Notes under the pieces: model-generated
Seen by the model: the letters and a program-made list of their open reading frames with translations, nothing else
Database searches by the model: none
Told to the model about the DNA's origin: nothing
Source of the DNA: an uncultured Planctomycetota bacterium
Lineage (GTDB): Bacteria > Planctomycetota > Planctomycetia > Isosphaerales > Isosphaeraceae
DNA length: 64,000 nt
Reading direction: 5' to 3'
NCBI GenBank assembly: GCA_963823665.1
Contig: CAWGMQ010000006.1
Span: 1,376,001-1,440,000, forward strand
Shown here: piece after piece, positions 17,704-27,692 of the stretch
How the letters are laid out: each line of letters begins with the position of its first letter
Position numbering within the stretch: the stretch's first letter is position 1
Made by a program: the position numbers and the translations under genes

Positions 17704-20700
17704 CTATCTCACGACCGTGGAGAACGGTTTTTCGCTCGACTTGCCGTCGGCGGCGACGATGCCCGCTTCCACCACGACGTCCACGGCACCCTTGAAGGGT
17801 TTTTTGAGGTTGATCGTCACCGATTCCGCGTGGATGTTGTAGGTGACGAGACTGAACTTGACCGGTTTGGTATAGACCGTCTTGTGATGCTTCTTCACCC
17901 CCGAGAACAGGCGGTAGAAGGCCATGTTGGTCGCGGAGCCGAAGTCGAGCGGCTCGTTGAATCCGACGGTGATCGAGGTCAGCCCCTTACTGGAATGGCT
18001 CACTTTGACGCTCCCTGTGACTTGCGGGGGCGGCTGGTTGGGGGGAGGCGGCGGAGGGGGCGGCGGCGGTCCCAGCACGGTAATCGAAGTCGGAGTCGAC
18101 GACACTCCTCCTTCGTCTGCGGAAGCCGTGATCATGTAGTTGCCCGGATTGTTCGTTGACGCGCCAGGGCGCTCGATCAACAGGCCGGAGAAGTCGGCCA
18201 CGCCGTTATGGGCCATCATCGAGACAACGCCTGTGTTGGAGCTCCCCAGTCTGGCGCCGTTCATGTTGCCTGTCAGTGACAAGGATACAATGCCGTCGAA
18301 CGCGGTATCGACTTTCCCCTGAGTTTCGACGGCCACGTCGATGCTGAAGGTCGCACTCGTGGAAAGCGGGCCCGTCGGAGACTCGATGATTGCGAGCTGC
18401 ACGGTCTGCTGGGTGCTGCTCCCGAAGGTAACCGGCCCGCTGGTTGGGCCGGCCGATCCGGGGCCAGGGCTGGCGCCGGGAAGGCCGGCAGCGCCGGCCG
18501 TGGCAGGGCTGCCGGCCGGCCCGGCATCGCCATTACCCGCCTGTCCGCCTTCTCCGGTGCCGCCGGCACCGCCGGCGCCGCCAGCGCCGGGTCCGCCGGC
18601 ACCGCCGATCGGGCCGGCTCCGCCGCCACCACCCCCGGCGCCGCCCACGCCGCCGATGAGGGTGCCGCCTGTCTGCGAGGGGCTGCCCGGCGGGCCCGTG
18701 CCGACTATTACGCTGACGCTGAGAAGTGTGAGCTGGCCGCCCGTCACATAAAAGTCGCCACCTTCGGCAGCCCCTCCCGCGCCCCCGGTACCGCCGGCGC
18801 CGCCATTCCCTGAGGCGCCTGCGATTCCGCCTGCGCCGCCGCGGCCGCCATTGCCGCCGGCGCCACCGGTCTCGCCGTTGCCGCCAGCCCCGCCGATCCC
18901 GCCCTTGCCGCCCCGAGCAAGTCCCGTGACTGCGCCATACCCCGCACCGCCGGAGGCACCGGTCAAGCCTTGGCCGCCGGCCCCGCCCTGGGCGGTCTCG
19001 CTGGTGAAGTTGAAGTTGTCGAGGGTCAGTGTGACCGAACCGCCGGAGACCGCGACTCCGCCGCCGGCGCCCGTTCCGCCCGCACCCCCCGCGCCGGCGG
19101 GGCCTCCGCTGCCCCCGGCTCCGGCGGCGGCCGCAAATCCGCCGTTGCCGCCACTGCCGCCGTTGCCGGCGGGCCCGGTCGCACCGGCGCTCCCAGGTGT
19201 ATGACCGGGGCCGCCCGCTCCGCCGGCCCCGCCGCTGCCGCCATGTTGGCCGAAGGGCCCGCCGTTACCGCCGGCGCCCTGGCGACGACCACCGCCGCCC
19301 TTGCCCGCGTCCCCGCCCCGAGCGTGGTCACCCATGAGGAGCGAGGTGTTCAGGTTCAGCGTGCCACCGGCCACGAAGACGGCCCCCCCGGCTGCCATTC
19401 CGCCGTTGGCGCCTGCGCCGCCACCGCCGGCGTTGCCGCCGTTGCCGCCTCGACCGGCCGCGCCGCCGGCCGCGCCTGCGCCACCGTTACCGCGGTAGCC
19501 GCCAGTGCCGCCAGCGCCGCCTGGGCCGCCGCTGCCGCCGGCGCCGCCGGCGCCGCCCGAGCCAGGCACTCCACCGTTGCTGCCGTGACGGATGTATGAG
19601 CGCGAGCCGGAGCCAGGGCCGCCCGCGGCCGAATTATCCTGGAATTCGGCCTCGCTCTCGCTGACGGCGACCTGCAGGGCGAGAGTCCCGGCCCCAACAT
19701 AAAGTCCACCGCCTTGGGCGGAACCGCCGTTGCCGTTTCGGCCCCCGTTGTTACCCACACCGCCACCGCCGCCGGCACCGCCGGCGCCACCGCCGCCGCC
19801 CTTGCCGCCAGTGCCGTTGGTCGCAGCCGCGCCGGCACCGCCGGCGCCACCGTTGCCGCCGTTGCCCGCAGTTCCGCCGCCGCCGCCAGCGCCGCCGCCA
19901 CCGGCGGTCCCAGCTTCTGCGCTATTGGCGATGATGCCGCCGCCCGCGATCGTGAGCTCGCCCCCCGCGATGTAGACGCCCCCTCCCCACGCATTCGCAC
20001 CATTCCCCCCCTCGCCGGCCTTGCCGCCGTTGCCGCCGTTCACTCCGTTGCCGCCGATTCCGCCCATACCACCCGGCCTGGCCCCAGACGCGGCGTTGCT
20101 GCCGTTGCCTCCATTTCCGCCGTTGCCGCCCCCGCCGCCATCTCCGCCAGCCCCGCCTGCGAATCCAAGCGCACCATTCCCAATGATCGTCGAGTTTGTC
20201 AGGATGAGCCGGCCGGCCGCCTGATAGATGCCACCGCCGGCACCCGACCCTCCGGCACCACCGTTGCCGCCGGCACCACCCGTGGCGCCGGGCTCTCCGG
20301 GTCCGCCATTCATCCCGTCGCCGCCGCCGCCGCCGTACCCGCCGGTACCTCCATTAGCCCGGTTCTCTTTAACCAACGAGCCCGTCAAGGTCAGTTGGCC
20401 GGCCGCCTGGTAAATGCCACCGCCAGCAGCCGATCCTCCGGCGCCGCCGGCGCCACCTGACTCCACAGGCTTGCCCACACCGCTGCTCGTCCCGCCGCCG
20501 CCGCCGCCGCCGTTACCTCCTTTGGCCAAGTTAAAACTAACGGCTGAGCTGACCAGGCTCAGTTGGCCGGCCGCCAGGTAGATGCCGCCCCCTTCCGCGT
20601 TGCCGCCGTCACCGCCGCGACCTCCGGGTTGACCGCTATCTCCCAGCGCGCCCTTGGCGCCGGCGGCTCCCGACGCCCCGTTCGAACCAAGATTTGCATT

Positions 20701-21225
20701 GCTGAGCGTCACTTGCCCGCCATCGATCAAGATCCCGCCCCCGAGCGCCGCAGTGCCGCCGAGCACGCCGCCGTCATGCGCAGCGCCATCCGTGATTGTC
20801 ATGTCTTTGAGCACGACTGCCGTGGTCGCCGAACCGGTCCCGACGATCTCGAAGATCCGCGTGTTGAGCGCGGCCGAGCCCGATATGACTGTGCTCAAAG
20901 GCGACGTCCCCTGGCCCTCGATCGTCAATGTCTTCGGAGTGCTCGTCGCGTTGGTGATCTCCAGTTGGCCGGCCGCCGTGTCGGTGAGTGTGATCGAAGC
21001 CGACAGCTCGATGATGTTATTGGTGAAGCTGTTGGTGTCCGCCGCGGCGATGTCGGCGCGCAGGGCGCTCTCGGTCGCAACGTTCGCGAAGATGTTCGGG
21101 TTCAACACCGTGCGCGTCTCCAGACTCTCGGGCATCAGCCGGAGTGATCGCCGGCGCCGTTCATCGAGGTGTCGAGAGGATCGTTTCGCCGTGAACAATG
21201 CGAGCCGCCGCGTCTTGTTCAACAT
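17704..21225 (-). CDS. Secreted Gly-rich (PGRS-like) beta-helix protein with Pro linker and C-terminal Ig-like domains
   Basis: R-rich leader ending PESLETRTVL, long GGxGGxGG tracts, a poly-Pro linker and C-terminal VKKHHKTVYTK. ATG at 21225 preferred; the track ORF starts at 21282. Confidence 0.85.
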   Translation of the reverse strand: MLNKTRRLALFTAKRSSRHLDERRRRSLRLMPESLETRTVLNPNIFANVATESALRADIAAADTNSFTNNIIELSASITLTDTAAGQLEITNATSTPKTLTIEGQGTSPLSTVISGSAALNTRIFEIVGTGSATTAVVLKDMTITDGAAHDGGVLGGTAALGGGILIDGGQVTLSNANLGSNGASGAAGAKGALGDSGQPGGRGGDGGNAEGGGIYLAAGQLSLVSSAVSFNLAKGGNGGGGGGGTSSGVGKPVESGGAGGAGGSAAGGGIYQAAGQLTLTGSLVKENRANGGTGGYGGGGGDGMNGGPGEPGATGGAGGNGGAGGSGAGGGIYQAAGRLILTNSTIIGNGALGFAGGAGGDGGGGGNGGNGGNGSNAASGARPGGMGGIGGNGVNGGNGGKAGEGGNGANAWGGGVYIAGGELTIAGGGIIANSAEAGTAGGGGAGGGGGTAGNGGNGGAGGAGAAATNGTGGKGGGGGAGGAGGGGGVGNNGGRNGNGGSAQGGGLYVGAGTLALQVAVSESEAEFQDNSAAGGPGSGSRSYIRHGSNGGVPGSGGAGGAGGSGGPGGAGGTGGYRGNGGAGAAGGAAGRGGNGGNAGGGGAGANGGMAAGGAVFVAGGTLNLNTSLLMGDHARGGDAGKGGGGRRQGAGGNGGPFGQHGGSGGAGGAGGPGHTPGSAGATGPAGNGGSGGNGGFAAAAGAGGSGGPAGAGGAGGTGAGGGVAVSGGSVTLTLDNFNFTSETAQGGAGGQGLTGASGGAGYGAVTGLARGGKGGIGGAGGNGETGGAGGNGGRGGAGGIAGASGNGGAGGTGGAGGAAEGGDFYVTGGQLTLLSVSVIVGTGPPGSPSQTGGTLIGGVGGAGGGGGGAGPIGGAGGPGAGGAGGAGGTGEGGQAGNGDAGPAGSPATAGAAGLPGASPGPGSAGPTSGPVTFGSSTQQTVQLAIIESPTGPLSTSATFSIDVAVETQGKVDTAFDGIVSLSLTGNMNGARLGSSNTGVVSMMAHNGVADFSGLLIERPGASTNNPGNYMITASADEGGVSSTPTSITVLGPPPPPPPPPPNQPPPQVTGSVKVSHSSKGLTSITVGFNEPLDFGSATNMAFYRLFSGVKKHHKTVYTKPVKFSLVTYNIHAESVTINLKKPFKGAVDVVVEAGIVAADGKSSEKPFSTVVR

Positions 21226-21240
21226 CCCGGTAATCCTGTG

Positions 21241-21402
21241 AATGAGGGGCGCCAACCGGCTGTCGAGCCGGGCGGCGACCATCCCAAGTAGCCGGTTGCG
21301 GTGCCGCGCCAGAAGTAGCTCTAGCTCCGGCCCGCGGCCGCCAGCCTTGCAGAGTAGTTCCTCGGTTTCCGGATCGTCCAGCGCCTCAACACGATCAACC
21401 CG
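21241..21402 (-). pseudogene. N-terminal remnant of a Planctomycetaceae-type sigma-70/ECF factor
   Basis: DPETEELLCKAGG...LELLLARHRNRLLGMVAARLDSRLA matches the ETEELL..A...LL.RHR.RL..MV..RLD.RL start of TIGR02984-like sigmas. In-frame TAG at 21403-21405. Confidence 0.65.
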
Positions 21403-21575
21403 CTATGCCAGATCCTGCGAAATCATCGGCTTGGTTACATCTAACCATGATTTGCCCAAGAAACTCGAAGGCGCCCTGTAACGATCGGCCAGCAATCGCA
21501 GGAGTAGATCCTGGAGGGACCGACGATCGTAGGCCGTGTTCTCGCTTCGCGGCGCCGCCGGTCTTCTGGCCCGGG

Positions 21576-21736
21576 AAAAGGTGTCAGGAACCAATTTGCC
21601 CGAACTTGAAGCGCGAGCGGGGATAATTCACCGAGACACGGAACGCGCCAAACCACACGGAAACGCGTTTGTGGCCAGGTTTCCTCGGCGTCGAATCGCT
21701 GGTCGATTTCCGTGTCCTTCCGCGCGTTCCGTGGTT
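21576..21736 (+). repeat. Dispersed AAGGTGTCAGGAACCAATTTG element, copy 2 (longest)
   Basis: Aligns with 7739-7858. Also has arms ACACGGAACGCGCCAAACCACACGGAAA and TTTCCGTGTCCTTCCGCGCGTTCCGTGGTT that can pair. Confidence 0.85.
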
Positions 21737-21765
21737 AAGGAATTCGTCATGAATCACTTGTGCCC

Positions 21766-21867
21766 GACGCGTAGGCGTTGACTTTCCAGATGGCGGAGGT
21801 GGCGATGCCGCGTGCGTTGTTCGGTGCGATCCTGGAGCGGATCGACCGGCCAAGACGCGGTCCGTAA
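21766..21867 (+). mobile_element. IS1380-family transposase C-terminal remnant
   Basis: ALTFQMAEVAMPRALFGAILERIDR matches the TFQ(M/L)AEVAVPR.LF..IL..I C-terminus of IS1380 transposases. Confidence 0.7.
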
Positions 21868-22232
21868 CGCGTGTAAACGGATCGAGCATAGTGGCGTCGA
21901 TCCCGTGAAGACGAAGGCGGAGATGGTGCGCCATTGGGGCGATCAAAACGCGTGGAATGGTGGTTGATTGAGCGGACGGAAGTGCCGTGAAAGCAGAAAG
22001 ACGCCGGCCCGTGAGTCGTTCTAGGCAAGGGGCCGATCTTTACAGAACAGAAGCTTGGATTGATCCGCAACCTGAACGATACCAATGTGTTAGAAAAGCG
22101 AGGACAGAATCCGCGTTTTCAGGCTCGAGACGGCCTACTCACGGGCCGGCGCGTGATAGGTTGGTTCTCGCTGGAGAAGCAAAAAAACCCCGTCATGTCT
22201 GGTCGCCATTCCCCAAGAACGCCGGAGCCCCT

Positions 22233-24371
22233 ATGTTCACCTTCAAGCGCTCGCCTCGCGTTCGTCGTGCCGTCCGTCGTCCACAGTCCCTTAAAGCCGG
22301 CATGGAGGTGTTGGAAGATCGAATGGTGCTGAGCTCGTGGCAGGTCGTGACGACGCCCCCCGCTCTGGGCAGTCCGCAGGCGACGGTGCTCCTTTCCAAC
22401 GGCCGATTGCTGGTGAACGAATTCGGCACCGTTCATTGGTTCCTCGTCTCGCCCAATGCCAAAGGAAACTACGCCGACCCGACGATCGTACCCGCGCATG
22501 ACTCGCTCTATATTCATGAATATGCGGGAATCGCGTTGTTGAACGATGGCGAGGTGTTCATCTCGGGGGCCGAATATCCGCAGCCGGGTGACGCGGATTA
22601 CAATCCCGCCACCACGGGTCAAAATCATATCGAAATCTACAACCCGGCGACGAATTCCTGGCGGCCGGTCGCGCCTCCCTCATTCTTTGGCACCGAAGTG
22701 ATTGTGGACAACTCTGTGAAAGTGATGCCTGACGGCCGCGTCCTCGCGGGAACGGGGGGGTCGGGCGTGATGGGGTTGTACAACCCATCGAATGACACCT
22801 GGCAGCAGACGGGGTCATTTCCAACGAATTGGATGAACGAGGTGACGCTGACGATGTTACCCAGTGGCCGCGTTCTGGGCGTGGCTACGTACCCCGATGG
22901 AAGCCAGTCATGGGAATATGATGAAACGACAGGCATGTGGACCGCGGTCGGGTCGACGCCTGTGCCGCTAAACACGACCGAGGGGGGGCCGATGGTGGGG
23001 CTTCCCGACGGAGACGTTTTTGCCCTCGGCGCGGTGGCGCACTGGCAGGCGCAGACGGCCATTTATTCGCCGACAACGCAGACCTGGCAAATGGGGCCGT
23101 CGGTGCCGGATCTCTCCGACGGTATGCCTTTGACGACGACGGCTACGACCCTGGATCAAGTCGATAATGCCACCTATCGACTGGTTCCACGTCTGGCTCC
23201 TGACCTCGCGCTGGAGGCTCCCAACGCGTCCACAGATGCTCAAGAGGCGACGGATGTCGGTGTCTGGAATCAATCCGACGCGCAGATATGGGACATTGTG
23301 TCCGACCCGAACGGTCTGTACGGCTTGCGACCGATCAACGCGACGGCGACGCGGTTGGAGGCCGAGAGCGCAGGGTCGTCCGCCGTCGCGCCCGTCGACA
23401 CCAATTTCGTGAATGACGGCAATCCCGCGCAAGCATGGTCTGTGACTCTGAACAAGGACGGCTATTTCACGCTCTCTCCGGCCTCCGCACCTGGGTACGC
23501 GCTTCAGGTCAGCCAGGGCGGGGCCACGACGGAGTTGGATCCCCTCAATGGGTCTCCCGCACAGGAGTGGCAACTCGTACAAAACGCGAACGGTTCCTAC
23601 GGCGATGAGCCGCTCGCGGCGCTGCCGAATGGGCATGTGCTCATAGCTATCAATCAGATCGCTCCCGATCCCACGAATTCGTCTCAGCTCGCCGACACGT
23701 CCCAATTCTATGAATACAACCCCGGCGCGAACGGTTTCAGCCTGGTTCCTTCCGTGCCGGTCGCGCTGGCTTCTTACTCAACGACGAACACACTGAACAT
23801 GACCGTGCTTCCCAGTGGTCAGGTCTTCGTAACGGGAGGCGCGGACCATCATTTGTATATCTATACCCCGAACGGTGGGTCGCAAGAGACTTGGAAGCCG
23901 GCGATCTTGGGCATTCTTCCGGCGCCGGCCGGTTCGTCGACGCATTGGGTCGTGGGCTGGGGTTTGAACGGCTGGAGTGAAGGGGGCGTGTATGGAGACG
24001 ACAATTCCACGGGGAGCAATTATCCGCTCGTTCAGCTTGTCAATCGCTTTGGACATGTGACCTACGCCTCGACCGCCAATTGGACGACTACCCAGGTGGG
24101 AGATCAGTTTGAAGGCGTCCAATTCACGACACCGGCCAGTATGCCGTCGGGCACGTACAAACTCCGCGTGATTGCCAGCGGAGTGGCATCCAATCCGGTC
24201 ATCTACCACTACGTGCGGGATTTTGGGGGGAGGAAAGGGGGAGAAAAGGTGTCAGGAACCAATTTGCCCGAACTTGGAGCGCGAGTGGAAATGATTCACC
24301 GAACGACGAAACCGACCCGTGGCGCGGCGGGGTCGGACGGGAATGGGAGTGGGCCGCGCGGGCGTTCGTGA
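22233..24371 (+). CDS. Secreted Kelch-type beta-propeller protein with inserted ricin-B lectin domain
   Basis: GGAG RBS and leader EVLEDRMVLS. Kelch repeats (LLNDGEVFISG, EIYNPATNSW, LPSGRVL), three QxW ricin subdomains and C-terminal NYPLVQL...LRVIASGVASNPV. The 3' end runs through a repeat. Confidence 0.85.
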   Translation: MFTFKRSPRVRRAVRRPQSLKAGMEVLEDRMVLSSWQVVTTPPALGSPQATVLLSNGRLLVNEFGTVHWFLVSPNAKGNYADPTIVPAHDSLYIHEYAGIALLNDGEVFISGAEYPQPGDADYNPATTGQNHIEIYNPATNSWRPVAPPSFFGTEVIVDNSVKVMPDGRVLAGTGGSGVMGLYNPSNDTWQQTGSFPTNWMNEVTLTMLPSGRVLGVATYPDGSQSWEYDETTGMWTAVGSTPVPLNTTEGGPMVGLPDGDVFALGAVAHWQAQTAIYSPTTQTWQMGPSVPDLSDGMPLTTTATTLDQVDNATYRLVPRLAPDLALEAPNASTDAQEATDVGVWNQSDAQIWDIVSDPNGLYGLRPINATATRLEAESAGSSAVAPVDTNFVNDGNPAQAWSVTLNKDGYFTLSPASAPGYALQVSQGGATTELDPLNGSPAQEWQLVQNANGSYGDEPLAALPNGHVLIAINQIAPDPTNSSQLADTSQFYEYNPGANGFSLVPSVPVALASYSTTNTLNMTVLPSGQVFVTGGADHHLYIYTPNGGSQETWKPAILGILPAPAGSSTHWVVGWGLNGWSEGGVYGDDNSTGSNYPLVQLVNRFGHVTYASTANWTTTQVGDQFEGVQFTTPASMPSGTYKLRVIASGVASNPVIYHYVRDFGGRKGGEKVSGTNLPELGARVEMIHRTTKPTRGAAGSDGNGSGPRGRS
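24244..24313 (+). repeat. Dispersed AAGGTGTCAGGAACCAATTTG element, copy 3 (partial)
   Basis: AAAAGGTGTCAGGAACCAATTTGCCCGAACTTGGAGCGCGAG. Confidence 0.85.
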
Positions 24372-24414
24372 AGACGTGACAGAGGTACTTCATCACCAGA
24401 GGAGCGACAGAATC

Positions 24415-25269
24415 ATGATTGACAACAGAGCGAGCGATCAGAGAAGAAGCGGGCGGGGAACGGTCGAGAGACGGAAATAGCGTGGGATGCAGCCGACGGT
24501 GCTGTTGCTGGAGCAACGCGCGCTGCTGTCTACGTTCACCGTGAACAATCCGCCGACACGCCCGTCGTGGGCGAGACCGACCTGCGCCAGGCGATCGGCG
24601 AGGCGAATGCGGCCACGAGCGCCAGCACGATCGATTTCAACCTTACAAATTTAGCACTGGTGTCGATCGCGGTCTCCCCCGGCAAGCCGGACCTGGCCTT
24701 GAACGTCACGGGCCAGTTCAGCGCCACGGGCAGCTTCTCAGACGGCTCGACCGCGGACTTCACCGGTCTCGTGACCTGGGCGCCGTCGGCGCCGATCGGC
24801 GCCACGGGTCTGGCCTCGGGCCTGGCCTTGGGGCAAAGCGCGATCACCGCATCACTGGCGGGAGTAACGAGCCCGGCCGACACGTTGACGGTGGTAGCCC
24901 CCCGTTTCGTGGTCAACACCACCGCCGATGCATTCGGTTTCTATAGCGACACGACCAGCCTTCGCGAAGCGATCGCGGGCGCCAACGTGGTCCCAGGCCA
25001 AACGATCACTTTTGCCCCGACCTTTTTCGGGAGCGCCCAGACCATCAGTTTGACGTCGGGCCAGCTCGAGCTGAGCGACACGACCGGGACGGTGGCGATC
25101 AAGGGCCCGGCGGCGGGCGTGACGGTGAACGCTGGCGGGGCGAGCCGCGTGTTCCAGATCGACAGCGGTGTCACGGCGTCGATCTCGGGAATGACGATCA
25201 GTGGAGGCAGCGCCTACCGCTACGGCGGCGTGGCCAACTACGGCGGCAATCTCACGCTGACTCACTGCA
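24415..25269 (+). pseudogene. Truncated secreted beta-helix/Ig protein
   Basis: MIDNRASDQRRSGRGTVERRK*RGMQPTVLLLEQRALLSTFTVN has a nonsense codon and a frameshift. Contains TSLREAI and GQLELSDTTG modules and breaks off at ~25269. Confidence 0.8.
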
Positions 25270-25493
25270 AGAGCGCCAGCCACGACCGGGAAGAGCCCAA
25301 GTATGTTCCAGGCGGCCGGGCCGTGCTCGGTCCATCCGAGGCGGGGCGTCAAGAGCGAGAGAAGCCACGGCAGCACGCCGAACGTAAACGGATACACAAC
25401 CGATACAACGAAGACGCCGAACATGAAGAGCATCCGGCGCGAAATGCGGGTTCGGTGCGAACGCTTACTGGCGGGGACTTCGGGCGTACTCAT
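25270..25493 (-). pseudogene. Truncated ICMT/PEMT-like membrane methyltransferase
   Basis: GVLPWLLSLLTPRLGW...WNILGLFP is paralogous to 42017-42565. The catalytic C-terminal half is missing. Confidence 0.75.
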
Positions 25494-25607
25494 GGGGCTG
25501 CCTTGATCTGGTTCAGAGTTAGGGGGTTGCTGGCGGCCGGCGTGCGCTCACCGGCCGCTTCTTTTCCTGTGGCACTGACGGCTACGACTTTTCATGATGC
25601 GCAGCGC

Positions 25608-27461
25608 TCAAGTCATGGTGTAGACGCCGAAGATGTCGTCATCGCTCGTCGACGCAAAGTTGAAACGGACCTTGCTCGACTTGCTGAGAGTCACGCCGGC
25701 ACCTGTGTCGATGTAGAGGCCGCCGCCTGACCCCTGGCCGCTCGAGCCGCCTGAGCCGGAGGCGCCGCCGATCGCAGCGTCGAAAGTGATGAGCGTGGCA
25801 TCGATCGACGCGGTCGTGGTGCCGAGCACGTAGAGGCCGCCTCCTGAGCCGTTGCCGCCGTTGCTCCCGGACCCACCGGCGCCCCCCTGGGCCACGTTGA
25901 AGATCAGGGTGCTGCCGGCGAGGGATACGCTCGAGGTGTCCGTACCGAGACCCAGGAAAGCCAATTCGAATGCGCCGATGCCGCCTCCATTGGCGATCCC
26001 GCCTCCTGCGCCGACGCCGCCCGCGGCCCCCGGTCCGCCAGAGCCACCCTTGGCCAGGTTACCGCTGGAGAGGACGTCCGAGACGTTGGCGGTCGAGTCG
26101 ACCCCGTTGTAGAAGCCGCCGCCGAACCCGCTGCCGCCCGTGCCTGCATATCCGCGGCTGCTGCTGCCACCGTTGCCGCCAATCGCATCGTTGCCGAAGA
26201 AACTCACGCCGGTGATGGTCGTGTCAGCAAAGATTTCCGCGGCGAGGCCGCCGCCAGCGGCCGGAGCTCCGGGGCCGGTGGCGGAGTTGCCGCCGATGGC
26301 CTGGTTGCCACTAAAGGTGGTGTCGGTTATCGAAAGCACGCTGGCAAAGTTGACCAGGCCGCCGCCCCATGCCTCGCCAAGGACCGGGTTGGGGTCAAGG
26401 CCGCCGACGTTTTCGCCCTGGTCTCCTCCCTTGGCCTCGTTGTCGGTAAACGTGCTGCCCGCGATCGTTAGCGGGCCGGCATTGGCGACAGCGCCGCCCA
26501 GAGCCTCACCGCCGAACAGCGCGGCGGAGTTGTTGGCTCCGCTCGCGCCGACAGCCTCGTTGGCAGTGAACGTGCAGTTGCTGATGGCGAGCGAAGGCGC
26601 GGCGAAGGTTTCGTTCTCGCCCGTGCTCAGGGCGCCGCCGTTGGTGGTCCTGCCGAGCGCCTCGTTGCCATTGAACGTGGAGTAGGTAATGGTCGCGGGG
26701 GAACTGCTGTTAATGGCGCCGCCATTGCCTTCACCAGTGCCCGTCGAAGGGCCAACGGCTTCATTGCGAGTGAATTCACTGTCGCTTACCGTCAGCAAAG
26801 AACCCTGGCTGTCGACGGCTCCGCCGGCAGAACCCTCAGTGACGGGGCCGGTGATGGGGGCGGCGTATTCGCCACCGGAGGCCACGTTGTTCGCGAAGAG
26901 GGATTCGGTGACAGTGAGGCTGCCGTCATTCTCGACGGCGCCGCCGTTGCCGTAGTTGCCTGCGGAGTCGGCGTAGGCAGTGTTACCGGTCACGACGACC
27001 TCGTCAAGGTTCAGGGTAGCGCCCGCGTCCACGAGAATGCCACCCCCGTTGCCGGCGACTTCCTCGCCATCGGTGATCGTCAGGCCGGAGATGGCCACCT
27101 GGCCCGCCGCCACCTCGAAGACGCGGCCCGAGTTGTTGCCGCTGACAGACAGCTCGTCCGCGCCGGGGCCATTGATCGTCACACTGCCGGTGATCGGCAA
27201 TGCGCTCTTCAGCGTGATGGTGCCGTGCAGCCCCGGCGCGAACGCAATGGTCGCGTCGCCGGACTGGATGCCCGCCCGCAGCGAGTAGGCACCGCTGTCG
27301 TTCAGGTTCATGACCATGAAGGTGCTGAGCAGCCTCCGGTCCTCCAATCCTTCCAAGCGCGGCAGGACCGAGCGCCGCGAGAGGGTGCGTCTTGAGCCGG
27401 GGCGCCGCGACCGAGTCGGAGAGCCCGTTGTCAACCGTCTGAACCAGGATGCAGACAACAT
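25608..27461 (-). CDS. Secreted Gly-rich beta-helix protein
   Basis: Leader LEGLEDRRLLS, DSGAYSLR, GGAI/N.A.GG repeats and C-terminus NFASTSDDDIFGVYTMT. Confidence 0.9.
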   Translation of the reverse strand: MLSASWFRRLTTGSPTRSRRPGSRRTLSRRSVLPRLEGLEDRRLLSTFMVMNLNDSGAYSLRAGIQSGDATIAFAPGLHGTITLKSALPITGSVTINGPGADELSVSGNNSGRVFEVAAGQVAISGLTITDGEEVAGNGGGILVDAGATLNLDEVVVTGNTAYADSAGNYGNGGAVENDGSLTVTESLFANNVASGGEYAAPITGPVTEGSAGGAVDSQGSLLTVSDSEFTRNEAVGPSTGTGEGNGGAINSSSPATITYSTFNGNEALGRTTNGGALSTGENETFAAPSLAISNCTFTANEAVGASGANNSAALFGGEALGGAVANAGPLTIAGSTFTDNEAKGGDQGENVGGLDPNPVLGEAWGGGLVNFASVLSITDTTFSGNQAIGGNSATGPGAPAAGGGLAAEIFADTTITGVSFFGNDAIGGNGGSSSRGYAGTGGSGFGGGFYNGVDSTANVSDVLSSGNLAKGGSGGPGAAGGVGAGGGIANGGGIGAFELAFLGLGTDTSSVSLAGSTLIFNVAQGGAGGSGSNGGNGSGGGLYVLGTTTASIDATLITFDAAIGGASGSGGSSGQGSGGGLYIDTGAGVTLSKSSKVRFNFASTSDDDIFGVYTMT

Positions 27462-27567
27462 GATGCAGGCCTTTCTTGCAGAAAACCGATCCGCGTGAAA
27501 AAACCAGCTTGGCCCGGCGCGGATCCACCGCCGGAACTGGCTGTCTGGAACTCATCCACGGTTCACG

Positions 27568-27654
27568 CCCCCGGCGCGCAGACTGAGCGCCGTGTTTTGC
27601 CGGGTCGATGAGACCCGGGCAGCCGCGAAGCGGGTCGTGGCAGCGAGACTCACC
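27568..27654 (-). promoter_or_regulatory. Conserved leader motif (GGTGAG box plus GGCGCTC.GTCTGCGCGCCGGGG hairpin)
   Basis: Shared with 29096-29167, 44597-44663 and 45824-45894. Confidence 0.5.
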
Positions 27655-27692
27655 TGCCGCTTTTTTTCAGGGGTCGGTCCTGGGCTGCGTAG

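Noticed and set aside
17704..21225. Mycobacterial PE-PGRS gene or transfer from Actinomycetota
   Set aside because: No PE domain and a planctomycete-type leader. The similarity is compositional.
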